This document shows, piece by piece, positions 55,857 through 64,000 of a stretch of 64,000 bases of DNA. Each line of letters begins with the position of its first letter. Position 1 is the first letter of the stretch. Location of the stretch: contig NW_013657661.1 of assembly GCF_000142905.1 (NCBI RefSeq), positions 186,001-250,000 of the forward strand, in the 5' to 3' direction. The translations under genes and the position numbers were made by a program. The notes beneath the pieces are model-generated. The model did not search any database, was not told the origin of the DNA, and saw nothing but the letters and a program-made list of their open reading frames with translations. This DNA is from Thecamonas trahens ATCC 50062. Its lineage: Eukaryota; Protista; Apusomonadida.

Positions 55857-57963
55857 CTACAGCGAGATACCGAGGTCGCCGATCTGTGTCAGCGGATCGC
55901 GGCCATTACCATGGATAAAGGCAGCGTTGGCGAGAGCGCGGCCGCGCGCGCGGTCGAGCGGATCGGCATCCATGTCGAGCTTGGCCCACGCGTCGTCGGC
56001 GAGGTCCTTGCACAGCGCGTACGAGTAGTAGGCGGCACCGTAGGTGACAAGGTGGGTGAACTGAGCGTGGCGGACCGAGGCGGGATCGCAGACAACGGCC
56101 GAGTGCTTGGCGCGAACGTCTGCAGCGAGCGAGGTGGACCAGCCTGGGCCGAGCGTCTCCCCGCTCGCATCAGCGCGAGCGTGGGCGAGGTGGAGGTGGA
56201 TGTCGAGGAGAGCGAGCGAGACCTGGTCCTGCTCGTTGAGCGCCTGCGACGAGAGCGACTTGGCGACGTGAGCGTCAAAGAGCTCGCGCGGCAGCGGCGC
56301 GCCGGTCTGATAGTGCTTGCAGAACTGCGAGAGGACCGGCCACGAGCGGGCGTACTTTCAAAGAACGACGACGGGAACTCGACAAAGTCGAGCGGAACCC
56401 TGGTGCCGGCCACGTGATGGAACTGGGTCCGCGCCATCATCGAGTGTAGGCCGTGGCCAAACTCGTGGAAGAGCGTCTGCAGTTCCGAGAGCGAGAGCAG
56501 CGACGCGCCGAGATCGTTGTCGACGCCACGGTGGCCAAAGTTGAAGACGAGCGCGACTTCGGGCGCCTGGTACTTGCCAGCCTCCGAGCCCGAGTCGAGG
56601 TCAAGGAAGGCTGTGTCCGGCGCGCAAGCATCACGCTTCGGCGGAAGCCACGACGTTGACAGCGAGCGACCCGAGACAACGTTGAGGTGGACAGCGCCGC
56701 CGGTTTTGCCCGCCCGCGGCCAAGGGTCGACATACATCGAGCCGACGAGCTCACCGTCGCTTGTGAGAACCTCAAATTTGAGCACGGTAGATGCAACGGT
56801 CTCGCCCGCGCGCGGGGTGGCAGCCACCAGCTTGAGGCCAAAGAGCTGCTCAGTGACGTGTGCGACGCCAGCAAGCCCAGCCCGCAGCGACAGGTACGGC
56901 GCAATGGGCTGCGAAGCGAGTGACTGGGCACCGAGTTGCTCGCGCCGGACAGCGGCATAGTGCGCGCGGTCAACGCCCGGAATGGTGAGCGGCTGGTCTG
57001 ACGAGAGCTGATCGGTGACCTCGGACGGGCCCTCGGTCTCGAGCTTGAGCTGGAGGAGCTCAGCAATCTCGGGCTGGACGGTGGTGCTGAGCTTGGCGGA
57101 GACGGCTTCCAGCTTGGCCTGCGCCCGCTCGGGATTGCGCAGCATCCGCTCCTCAGCGGTGAACGCGGCATACGAGGGCTTGCCGAGGAGCTTAGCCGTG
57201 GCGTGGCGGACAGCAAGGAGCTCCTCGAGAACTGGCACGTTATGATCAAGCGCGGCCTGGTAGGCGGCAAAGGCCTTGGCGCGGGTGGCGGCATCGCGCG
57301 AAGTCGAGGCCATGGCGAAGAGGCCTGCGGGGACGGCGAGGCCGACGCGGCAGCGACCACATTGCTCTGGAAGCGCGACGAGAGGTCAAAGCCACGGGAG
57401 AGTAGGCCGCGCAGCTGCTGGGCATCGTCGGCTTCGAGCAGCACGCCGTGGCGCTCAAACTCCTCAGTGAAGAGAGAGGCGACGCGGGCCTGCTCGGGCG
57501 TGAGCTTGGCCATGGTCTCTGGCGAGCCTGTCACATCCTTGGCCACGCGGTAGAGGCCGCGATGGGTGTTGAGATGGTACAGAAGAGTCATCAGCTTGTT
57601 GTTCTCGGCATCGGCCGCCGATGCCACCCGTTGCTCCGGATGAGTCGCCGCCAGCAGCGAGAGCCAGTCCACCGCCAGGCAGAGGGTGTTGGAGATGGAG
57701 TCGATGGCAAAGACCGCCTCCACCGGCTCCGCCCGCACCTCGGCCGTGCTTCGCCCTACCAGCGCCTCGATCTGCTCCTGCGCTGACGTCACCGCGTCCT
57801 CAGCCAGCCGCTGCAGCGCCTCGGGCGACGCTACCCCGCTCGCCGCCCGCGGCCTCGGCCTCGACCGTCCGACGCCCGCAGCCGCGCCTACAGCGCCTAC
57901 TGCACCAACCGCCTGCCACCCCTGCCTGCTCACCCGAGCCACCCACTGCGCACTCCGCAACAT
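55857..57963 (-). CDS. MIPEP: Mitochondrial intermediate peptidase (M3A, Oct1/MIPEP); frameshifts at ~57345 and ~56357
   Basis: Presequence; DSISNTLCLAVD, LNTHRGLY, FERHGV, FHEFGHGLH, GTRVPLDFVEFPS. After the shift, FTHLVTYGAAYYSY runs to TAG at 55857. Confidence 0.88.
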
Positions 57964-58392
57964 GCTTGGGTTGTACTGAGCCGAGTGTGCTGCTGCAGGC
58001 GAGACCGCGGCCACCCGCCCCAGCCTTGGGCCCCCGGGCGGTGGCGTCGTCGTGACGCGCCGAATGGATCGCAGCCGCATCGACCGGTTGGGACGCGGAC
58101 GTTGGCCGATCACAGCTGGTCGGCGCGTGTGGCTTGGGTCTCGCCAGGGCAGCAGCCGTCCTGGGACCCACCAAGTCGGCTACTCCCTGACGACTGCCTC
58201 TGCATTGCCATCGATCGAAGTATGGCCCGTTGGATCGACGGCTTTCTCCAGAACCTCTGGCCCATGGAAGCCGCGCTCGAGCAACGGCGCATTTGACTCG
58301 GCCTCCACAGCAGCACGGCCTCCACCCTCGTGCGTCGCGCAGCTTCCGCATCGCCTGGCTATCGCCATGGACACACTTTGCTCTACCCTTAT

Positions 58393-59757
58393 ATGCCACA
58401 TCTGCAGTCTGGGCGGGCGGCTGCGCCATGGGAGGCCTTCTGCGCCACGTTTCCGGCGTCTGGCGATGGGTTACCGCGCGACGGTGATGGGTTGGCCGAT
58501 GCGCTTGCCGTCATCGTGGCGGCGCACGGCGACGGCGCCGAGCTTGTTCACAGCGGCCGCGACCGCACACCGGCTCCTTGCAACTATGCTCTACTGCGCC
58601 GGCTGTCATGGGATGCGGTCGACGCCTCGTTCTTCTCGGCCACCCTCCCCGCCCTCGTCGCCGCCGTCCACGCCCTCTCACAACACTATCCGGACGCGGA
58701 CGCGGCGCCGGCACAAGTCGATGCCGCCGGCGACTCGACTGCGGCTACCTATACGAATGTTCTGGCACTCGTCGGCGCCGCGTTTTTCTCGCTCTTCCCG
58801 GCCGAGACCGGCTTCTCGCTCGCGCCGATCTTCTCCATGCGGGCAAACAAGGCCAAGGCGTATGCTGTGGTGGAGTACTTTGCGCGCTCACTCCACGATC
58901 CCCCGCGCCACGGCAGCCTCTCAGTGAGCCGCATCGCAATGCCAGATGCCGAAATACCAGACTGGGCTAACGCGCAAGACATACACATGGCGACAGCATC
59001 TGTGGCCATCTTTGACTCGGGCAACATCGAGGATAATGGCGGCGCCGCCGGCATGGTCCTCGCCGACTTTGCCAACCGCTTCCTCGGCGGCGCGGTGCTC
59101 ACCCACGGCGCGGTGCAAGAGGAGATCTACTTTGGCGTTGTCTACCCGCAGCTGCTGGTAGCAAGGCTGCTCGCGCCGCGCCCGATGACAGCCGAAGAGG
59201 TCATCGTCATGGAGGGCGCCGAGCGGTTTTGCAACTACTCGGGCTACGCGCAGACGCTCAAGTTTGCCGGCTCGCACGTTGATGGCTCGCCGCGCCATCC
59301 CGAGTCCGGCTCGTTCCTCACACGGATTGTCGCTTTTGACGCCCTGCCTTTCTACTGCCGAGAGGACGCCAAGGCCCAGTGGAGCCGCGCCTGCATCGAT
59401 CGCGAGCTGCGCAAGGCTCTGACCGCCTTTGCGCGCCACCGTTCCGATCCCGAGGAGCTGCCGCCTGTCGCGACCGGAAACTGGGGATGCGGCGCCTTTG
59501 GCGGATGCAAGCAGCTCAAGGCGTTGCTCCAGTGGATGGCTGCCGCCGCTGCAGGCCGACCGCTGGCGTACTTCACCTTTGGCGATGTAGAGCTGGCCGA
59601 GGCGTTCGAGGCGACGGTCGCCACCGTGGTGGCTAACTCGGCCACAGTTGCCGACCTCTACAGCTGGACCTGCAGCTACGGCGCGTCCATCGGAACCCTT
59701 TCCTCCGGCCGCGACCTGCTCAACTATGTGGCCCAACGGGCCATGGCGAGCGCATGA
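58393..59757 (+). CDS. PARG: Poly(ADP-ribose) glycohydrolase
   Basis: DFANRFLGGAV...GAVQEEI catalytic loop, YSGYA, RELRKA, ATGNWGCGAFGG. Start uncertain. Confidence 0.92.
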   Translation: MPHLQSGRAAAPWEAFCATFPASGDGLPRDGDGLADALAVIVAAHGDGAELVHSGRDRTPAPCNYALLRRLSWDAVDASFFSATLPALVAAVHALSQHYPDADAAPAQVDAAGDSTAATYTNVLALVGAAFFSLFPAETGFSLAPIFSMRANKAKAYAVVEYFARSLHDPPRHGSLSVSRIAMPDAEIPDWANAQDIHMATASVAIFDSGNIEDNGGAAGMVLADFANRFLGGAVLTHGAVQEEIYFGVVYPQLLVARLLAPRPMTAEEVIVMEGAERFCNYSGYAQTLKFAGSHVDGSPRHPESGSFLTRIVAFDALPFYCREDAKAQWSRACIDRELRKALTAFARHRSDPEELPPVATGNWGCGAFGGCKQLKALLQWMAAAAAGRPLAYFTFGDVELAEAFEATVATVVANSATVADLYSWTCSYGASIGTLSSGRDLLNYVAQRAMASA

Positions 59758-59803
59758 GCCTTCGACCGTGCCACTGCCCGCGCCCGCGCCGCTGCTCGGG
59801 ACG

Positions 59804-60823
59804 CTACCGAGTGCATGACTCCAAAGTAAACGATGGGGAGAGTAAAGATGCCCAGGGCGACTGCAGCAATGATGAGTGCGCCGTTGGCCGGCGCCGCACA
59901 CTGGCCTTGTTAAAGCCGTGGACAACGCCGGCAACGGCGAGCCCGACCGCAGCAGCACCGACAACAATGGTGGCGAGCCCGACCTTGCCGGCCGGCGCCG
60001 CAAAGCCACCCGACAAGCTAGGCCCAACGTGGAGGACCGATGACCAAGCGACGACGCTGTAGAGCATGGGCAAGATGGCGATCGCGAAAACTGCCGTGGC
60101 AACGTCAAAGAACGACCGCAGCTGCGAGGAACAGACCTCGTCCTCGGCATCGGGCGACGACGCCGGCGTGCGCGGCACGGTGCTGTAGACCCAGTAGACT
60201 GAGAGCGCGAGGCCCGCCACACCGAGCGCCATGTAGCCGACGGCGTAGAGCGCAAACCAGCCCATGACGCCGCGCGGATAGCCGGCAGCAGGAGGCGTTG
60301 GCGGGCGCAGCGCCTCGAGCGGCGGCATGGCAACGATGGCGCTTCGAGCCTCTGCCCGCGCTGCCAAGATCCGTGCTGTTGGCGTGGCCGGAGGCGGCTC
60401 AAAGCGCTGGCGCGGCTTGATTCGTGCGTGGTCGCGATGCGGGGCGACGGGCGGGAAGCCCCCGGGCGTGCCCGGCCCCGCCCGGCTCATGGGCGTCGCC
60501 GCCGCGTTAGGCGAGCGCGTGCTCGGCCAGACATGGGCGGCAGCTCGGCCTACACCGCCAAAAGGCGAGGGCAAGGGCGAGGCAGCAGCAGGCGTGCGCG
60601 AGCGGGCGAGGATGCGTCCGGTGGGTGTGGGCGGCGGCGGAAGCAGCGGGCGGCGGTGAGGTGGGACAGCGGCGGCGTGGGCTGCAGGCGGCGGTTGCCT
60701 AGCCGAGGACGCAGGCAGAGGTGACGCCTGCGGGAGCAGCGGCAGCGGTGCCGGAGACGGCAGGCCTGCGGGACGGAGTGGTCTGTGCGCAAGCGGGCTA
60801 GTTGTGGGCTGGACACGGACCAT
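59804..60823 (-). CDS. Hypothetical membrane protein (Pro-rich N-terminus, 3 TM)
   Basis: Three hydrophobic helices. Start moved to the ATG at 60823 because the upstream sequence is the SelH 3'UTR/SECIS. Confidence 0.55.
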   Translation of the reverse strand: MVRVQPTTSPLAHRPLRPAGLPSPAPLPLLPQASPLPASSARQPPPAAHAAAVPPHRRPLLPPPPTPTGRILARSRTPAAASPLPSPFGGVGRAAAHVWPSTRSPNAAATPMSRAGPGTPGGFPPVAPHRDHARIKPRQRFEPPPATPTARILAARAEARSAIVAMPPLEALRPPTPPAAGYPRGVMGWFALYAVGYMALGVAGLALSVYWVYSTVPRTPASSPDAEDEVCSSQLRSFFDVATAVFAIAILPMLYSVVAWSSVLHVGPSLSGGFAAPAGKVGLATIVVGAAAVGLAVAGVVHGFNKASVRRRPTAHSSLLQSPWASLLSPSFTLESCTR

Positions 60824-60855
60824 GGCGGCTCCAGAGAGGCGTGTATTGCAGCGGT

Positions 60856-60935
60856 AACCGCCGCCAGGCTCGGACGGCTCCGGGCACTCGCCGTGACGAG
60901 TGGTGGCGCAGAGCGTCGTCATGGGCGCGGCGGTT
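60856..60935 (-). promoter_or_regulatory. SECIS element (type II-like) of selenoprotein H
   Basis: Minus strand: helix I aaccgccgc/gcggcggtt; core AUGA...GA; helix II gac+gctctg / cggagc+gtc; apical mini-stem actcg/cgagt. Lies ~55 nt after the stop codon. Confidence 0.75.
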
Positions 60936-60989
60936 GCAGTCGCAGGGGCTATCACTGGAGGCTACAGGGGCCGGAGGCGGCGCACGGAG

Positions 60990-61538
60990 CTAGCTCAGCG
61001 CAGCCTGCACCAGCGCAATGGCCTTGTCATGGTCGATGAACTTGGCCTTGCGCGGCGGCTTCTTGATGGCAAAGCCCGACCAGAGCGGCTCGTCGGGCGC
61101 GCCGTCAGGCCCACCGGCGATGAGGACGATTTCAAACGAGCCACGCCGCGGGCGGCTCCCGGCCGGCACCAGCGCCGGCGGGTTGACCACCACCTCATGG
61201 TCAGGGAACGCGCCGGCCAGAGCATCGCGGAGCTCGTTGGCCTTGCGCGCATACGTGCGTCACGAGTAGCATCGTTCAATGCCGATCACCGTCCCGCCCG
61301 TCGCCTTGCCCTTCTTGGTCGCCACAGCCTTGGTCGCCGTCTTGGCCTTGGGCTTGGTCTTGGTCTTGGTCGCCGTCTTGGCCTTGGTCTTGGTCTTGGC
61401 CTTGGTCTTGGTCTTGGTCTTGGTCGCCGTCACCCCAGTCGCCCTCTCCGTTGCGGACCCAGGGGCCGCACGGGCCAGCGGCTTGTTCCGCTTGCTCCGA
61501 CGCAGCACGGGCGCAGCCTCAGCCTCACGCTTGGGCAT
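60990..61538 (-). CDS. SELENOH: Selenoprotein H (Rdx family, CxxU; in-frame UGA at 61260-61262)
   Basis: IGIERCYS-U-RTYARKA...VNP...PRRGSFEI...LWSG..KKPPRKAKF matches SelH (IEHCTSURVY...PRRGSFEV...LWTG.KKGPPRKLKF). The two ORFs are in the same frame. Confidence 0.92.
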
Positions 61539-61735
61539 GTTGCAGTCGTAGTAGAGTGGTGCAATGAGCTGGCCTGACCTCCCCCCCTCCCCTCTCCCCC
61601 CCCCCCCCCTGCAGGCTGCACTTTGCCCATTCTTTGGCTGGCGGAATCATTCGGTGGCCGCTCTTCTCGCCCCTCTCTCCCCCCCTCTCCCCCCCCCCTT
61701 GCACCATCCACAGATCATCAAGACAAAGTTTACGA

Positions 61736-64000
61736 TCACCGCTTACGCTTATTGCACACAAACTTGTGCTCCTTCCATGCCCGCTTCTGGCAGGTGCGTG
61801 AGCAGTAGACGACCTTGTGGCAGCCGGCGCACTCTTGCAGCGTTGTGGAGCTCTTAAAGCAGGCCCCGCATCGCGGCGCGTCGAGGAGCGCCACGATGTT
61901 GAGGTAGCCCTTGACCGACGCGGCTTTGCGGGCCTTGCCGCGGGGGTCGACGGCACCGGCCTCAAGAAGCAGCTCGACAACCTCAGCATTGCCACGGTCG
62001 GATGCGATCTGCAGCGGCGTCGCGCCGTCCTTGGCGGCGGCGACGTTGACCTTGATGCCCTCGTACGAGAGCAGCTCCTGCACAACGTCGCGTCGATTCT
62101 CGTATGACGCCGCGTGGAGCGGGGTGACACCCTGCTCGGCGGCGGCGTTGACGTGGACGCCAGGGACCGAGAGCAGGGCCCGGACTGAGAGCAGCCGGCC
62201 CTTGTCGGCCGCCATGTGCAGCGGAAGGTACCCGTGACGGTCGGCAATGTTGACGTTGACCCGCGAGTCGTGGACGAGCAGCTCGCACACCTTGTGCTTG
62301 CCGTGCATGGCAGCCACCAGCAGCGGTGTCCGCGACTCTTTGTCCATGGCGTTGACGTCGAGCGCCGGCGCGAGGAGGAGGACGCGCACGACCTCGGCGT
62401 TGCCTCGGTAGGCCGCGGCGTGCAGCGGGGTGAGGCCCATCTCGGCCGGCGCGTTGATGTTGCATTCAGGGTTGTCCAGCAGCGTCATGACCACGTCGAG
62501 GTTGTTCTTGTCCACTGCAATGTGGCACGGCGTGTACTTGTGCGAGTCCGGCAGGTTGACGTCGATGTTGCGCCCGCGCGCGAGCAGGTCGGCCACCACC
62601 GCCTCATGGTTGTGCATTGCCGCTGTGTAGAGGGCGGTGCACATGTGACGGTTGAGGATGTTGACGTCGAGGTCGTGGCGGTCGAGGAGGGCGGCCACAA
62701 CGCCGGCGTGGCCCTTGGCTGCCGCGTAGTGCAGCGCAGTGAGGCCGTCCTTGGCGTTTTTGGCGTTGACGTCGAGAGCCGGAATGGCCACCAGTTCGCG
62801 AACGACCCCGGTGTGGCCGTACTCGGCGGCAGACTGCAGGATGGAGAACTCGTCGGCGGCCACGTCATTGACCGCCTCCGGCTCGCACACTTCTAGCAGC
62901 AGTCGCACAATCTCGGAAGAGCCCTTGTCGGCTGCCACGCGCAGCGGCGTCTTGCCGTTGATGCTCTCCACCGGCGACACGTTGATGCCTGGCATGGAGA
63001 GCAGCTTGCGCACCGTTTTGACGTCTGACCGCTGCGCCGCAAAGTACAGCAGTGTGATTCCGTCCTGGTCCGAGCAGTTGACGTCGACGCCGTCGGCAGA
63101 GAGAATGACGTCGAGTACCTCGGCTGACGACGCCATCAGCAGCGGCGTGCAGTTCATGTGCCCGACTGCGTTGAGGTCCACCCGCGGGTGCGAGACCAGC
63201 GACGCCACCACGTCGACGTATCCAAGTGCGGCCGCTACATGCAGCGGCGTGTTCATGTCGCCCGTCAGGTTGACGTCGATATCCGGGGCCGTGAGAAGAA
63301 CGTCGACCGCCGCCACGTGGTTACGCTCCGCTGCCATGTACAGCGGCGAGCAGCCCATCTTCGAGATCGAGTTGACGTCTATGACTGGACCCGAGAGCGG
63401 CGACGAGAGCAGGAGCTCGATAACCTCGGCCTGGCCCCACCCAGCGGCAAAGTGCAGCGCAGACGCCCCGTCGTAGTTGCGCGCGTTGACGTCCAGATCC
63501 TCGAGGTGGAGGAGGAACTCGACCAGCGTCACGTCACCGCGCCATGCCGCCTCCATAAACAGCGACAGATTGCCCTTGTCGGTCACCACGTTGACGTCGA
63601 CGCACGACGAGAGCAGCGCCGCGCGCTGCTCAGGCCGTCCGCACTCGGCCCGCGCAAGGTGCTGCGCCACGAGCGAGAACCGCTCGTATGTCGAGTACCG
63701 GCGCACAAAGGCCTCGGTTGCGCCCGAGACCGTAAACTTTTGGCGCGCCTCGGGCCGGATCGTCGCCACAAAGGCATCCAACTGCGCCTGGAGCGCGTCG
63801 GCGCCCGAGATCCGCGACGTCTCGGTGAGGAACGATGCCGTGATCCACACCACGGCTAGCACCGCGTGTGCGAGTCCTTTGCCGTCAGCCAAAAGCTCAT
63901 CCTGCCCATCGAGCCACTCTAGCAGCGCCGCGTGCGCCACAGACATCCGCACCTGCGCCGTCGGATACCGCAGGTACGGGTCGCGGAACGAATACGGGAC
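61736..64000 (-). CDS. Ankyrin repeat protein with C-terminal MYND zinc finger (5' end probably beyond the window)
   Basis: About 16 TPLHxAA-type repeats; CGAC...CAGC..VVYCSRTCQKRAWKEHKFVC. Confidence 0.9.
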   Translation of the reverse strand, partial: VPYSFRDPYLRYPTAQVRMSVAHAALLEWLDGQDELLADGKGLAHAVLAVVWITASFLTETSRISGADALQAQLDAFVATIRPEARQKFTVSGATEAFVRRYSTYERFSLVAQHLARAECGRPEQRAALLSSCVDVNVVTDKGNLSLFMEAAWRGDVTLVEFLLHLEDLDVNARNYDGASALHFAAGWGQAEVIELLLSSPLSGPVIDVNSISKMGCSPLYMAAERNHVAAVDVLLTAPDIDVNLTGDMNTPLHVAAALGYVDVVASLVSHPRVDLNAVGHMNCTPLLMASSAEVLDVILSADGVDVNCSDQDGITLLYFAAQRSDVKTVRKLLSMPGINVSPVESINGKTPLRVAADKGSSEIVRLLLEVCEPEAVNDVAADEFSILQSAAEYGHTGVVRELVAIPALDVNAKNAKDGLTALHYAAAKGHAGVVAALLDRHDLDVNILNRHMCTALYTAAMHNHEAVVADLLARGRNIDVNLPDSHKYTPCHIAVDKNNLDVVMTLLDNPECNINAPAEMGLTPLHAAAYRGNAEVVRVLLLAPALDVNAMDKESRTPLLVAAMHGKHKVCELLVHDSRVNVNIADRHGYLPLHMAADKGRLLSVRALLSVPGVHVNAAAEQGVTPLHAASYENRRDVVQELLSYEGIKVNVAAAKDGATPLQIASDRGNAEVVELLLEAGAVDPRGKARKAASVKGYLNIVALLDAPRCGACFKSSTTLQECAGCHKVVYCSRTCQKRAWKEHKFVCNKRKR

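Noticed and set aside
5455-59757. DNA-repair gene cluster (Abraxas, UvrD, Twinkle, PARG)
   Set aside because: Scattered over >50 kb among unrelated housekeeping genes; no sign of functional clustering.
60824-60955. N-terminal extension of ORF 59804..60955
   Set aside because: GTG start, and it coincides with the SelH 3'UTR/SECIS hairpin.

Overview
GC-rich, gene-dense, intron-poor eukaryotic nuclear DNA with a few short GT-AG introns and very short intergenic spacers. The gene content and style resemble an apusomonad protist such as Thecamonas, but that is inference. About 32 protein-coding genes are recognisable: EF-hand proteins, a secreted clan-A glycoside hydrolase, an FLVCR-type MFS transporter, Abraxas, a DSP-like pseudophosphatase, MCTS1, an acyl-protein thioesterase, a multi-DCX protein, asparaginase-ankyrin, UBE2G/Ubc7, a UvrD helicase, RIOX1/NO66, a 2001-aa FG-GAP/beta-helix/multi-TM receptor-like protein, Twinkle, Rab20, TMEM87, RNase T2, a bHLH-Zip factor, two tandem SGNH proteins, a giant GH114-like surface protein, SPFH, MIPEP, PARG, selenoprotein H and an ankyrin-MYND protein. 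Highlights: (1) a hidden selenoprotein H gene (CxxU, in-frame UGA, split in the ORF track) with a SECIS-like hairpin lacking the canonical apical AA; (2) a head-to-head locus of two SGNH proteins and a ~2800-aa GH114/CARDB/Cys-repeat type I membrane protein, a candidate polysaccharide-modifying system; (3) at least a dozen frameshifts, nearly all repaired by adding one base in a homopolymer (probably sequencing undercalls); (4) an AT-rich island flanked by a 9-bp direct repeat. Family assignments come from recognised motifs; no database searches were run.
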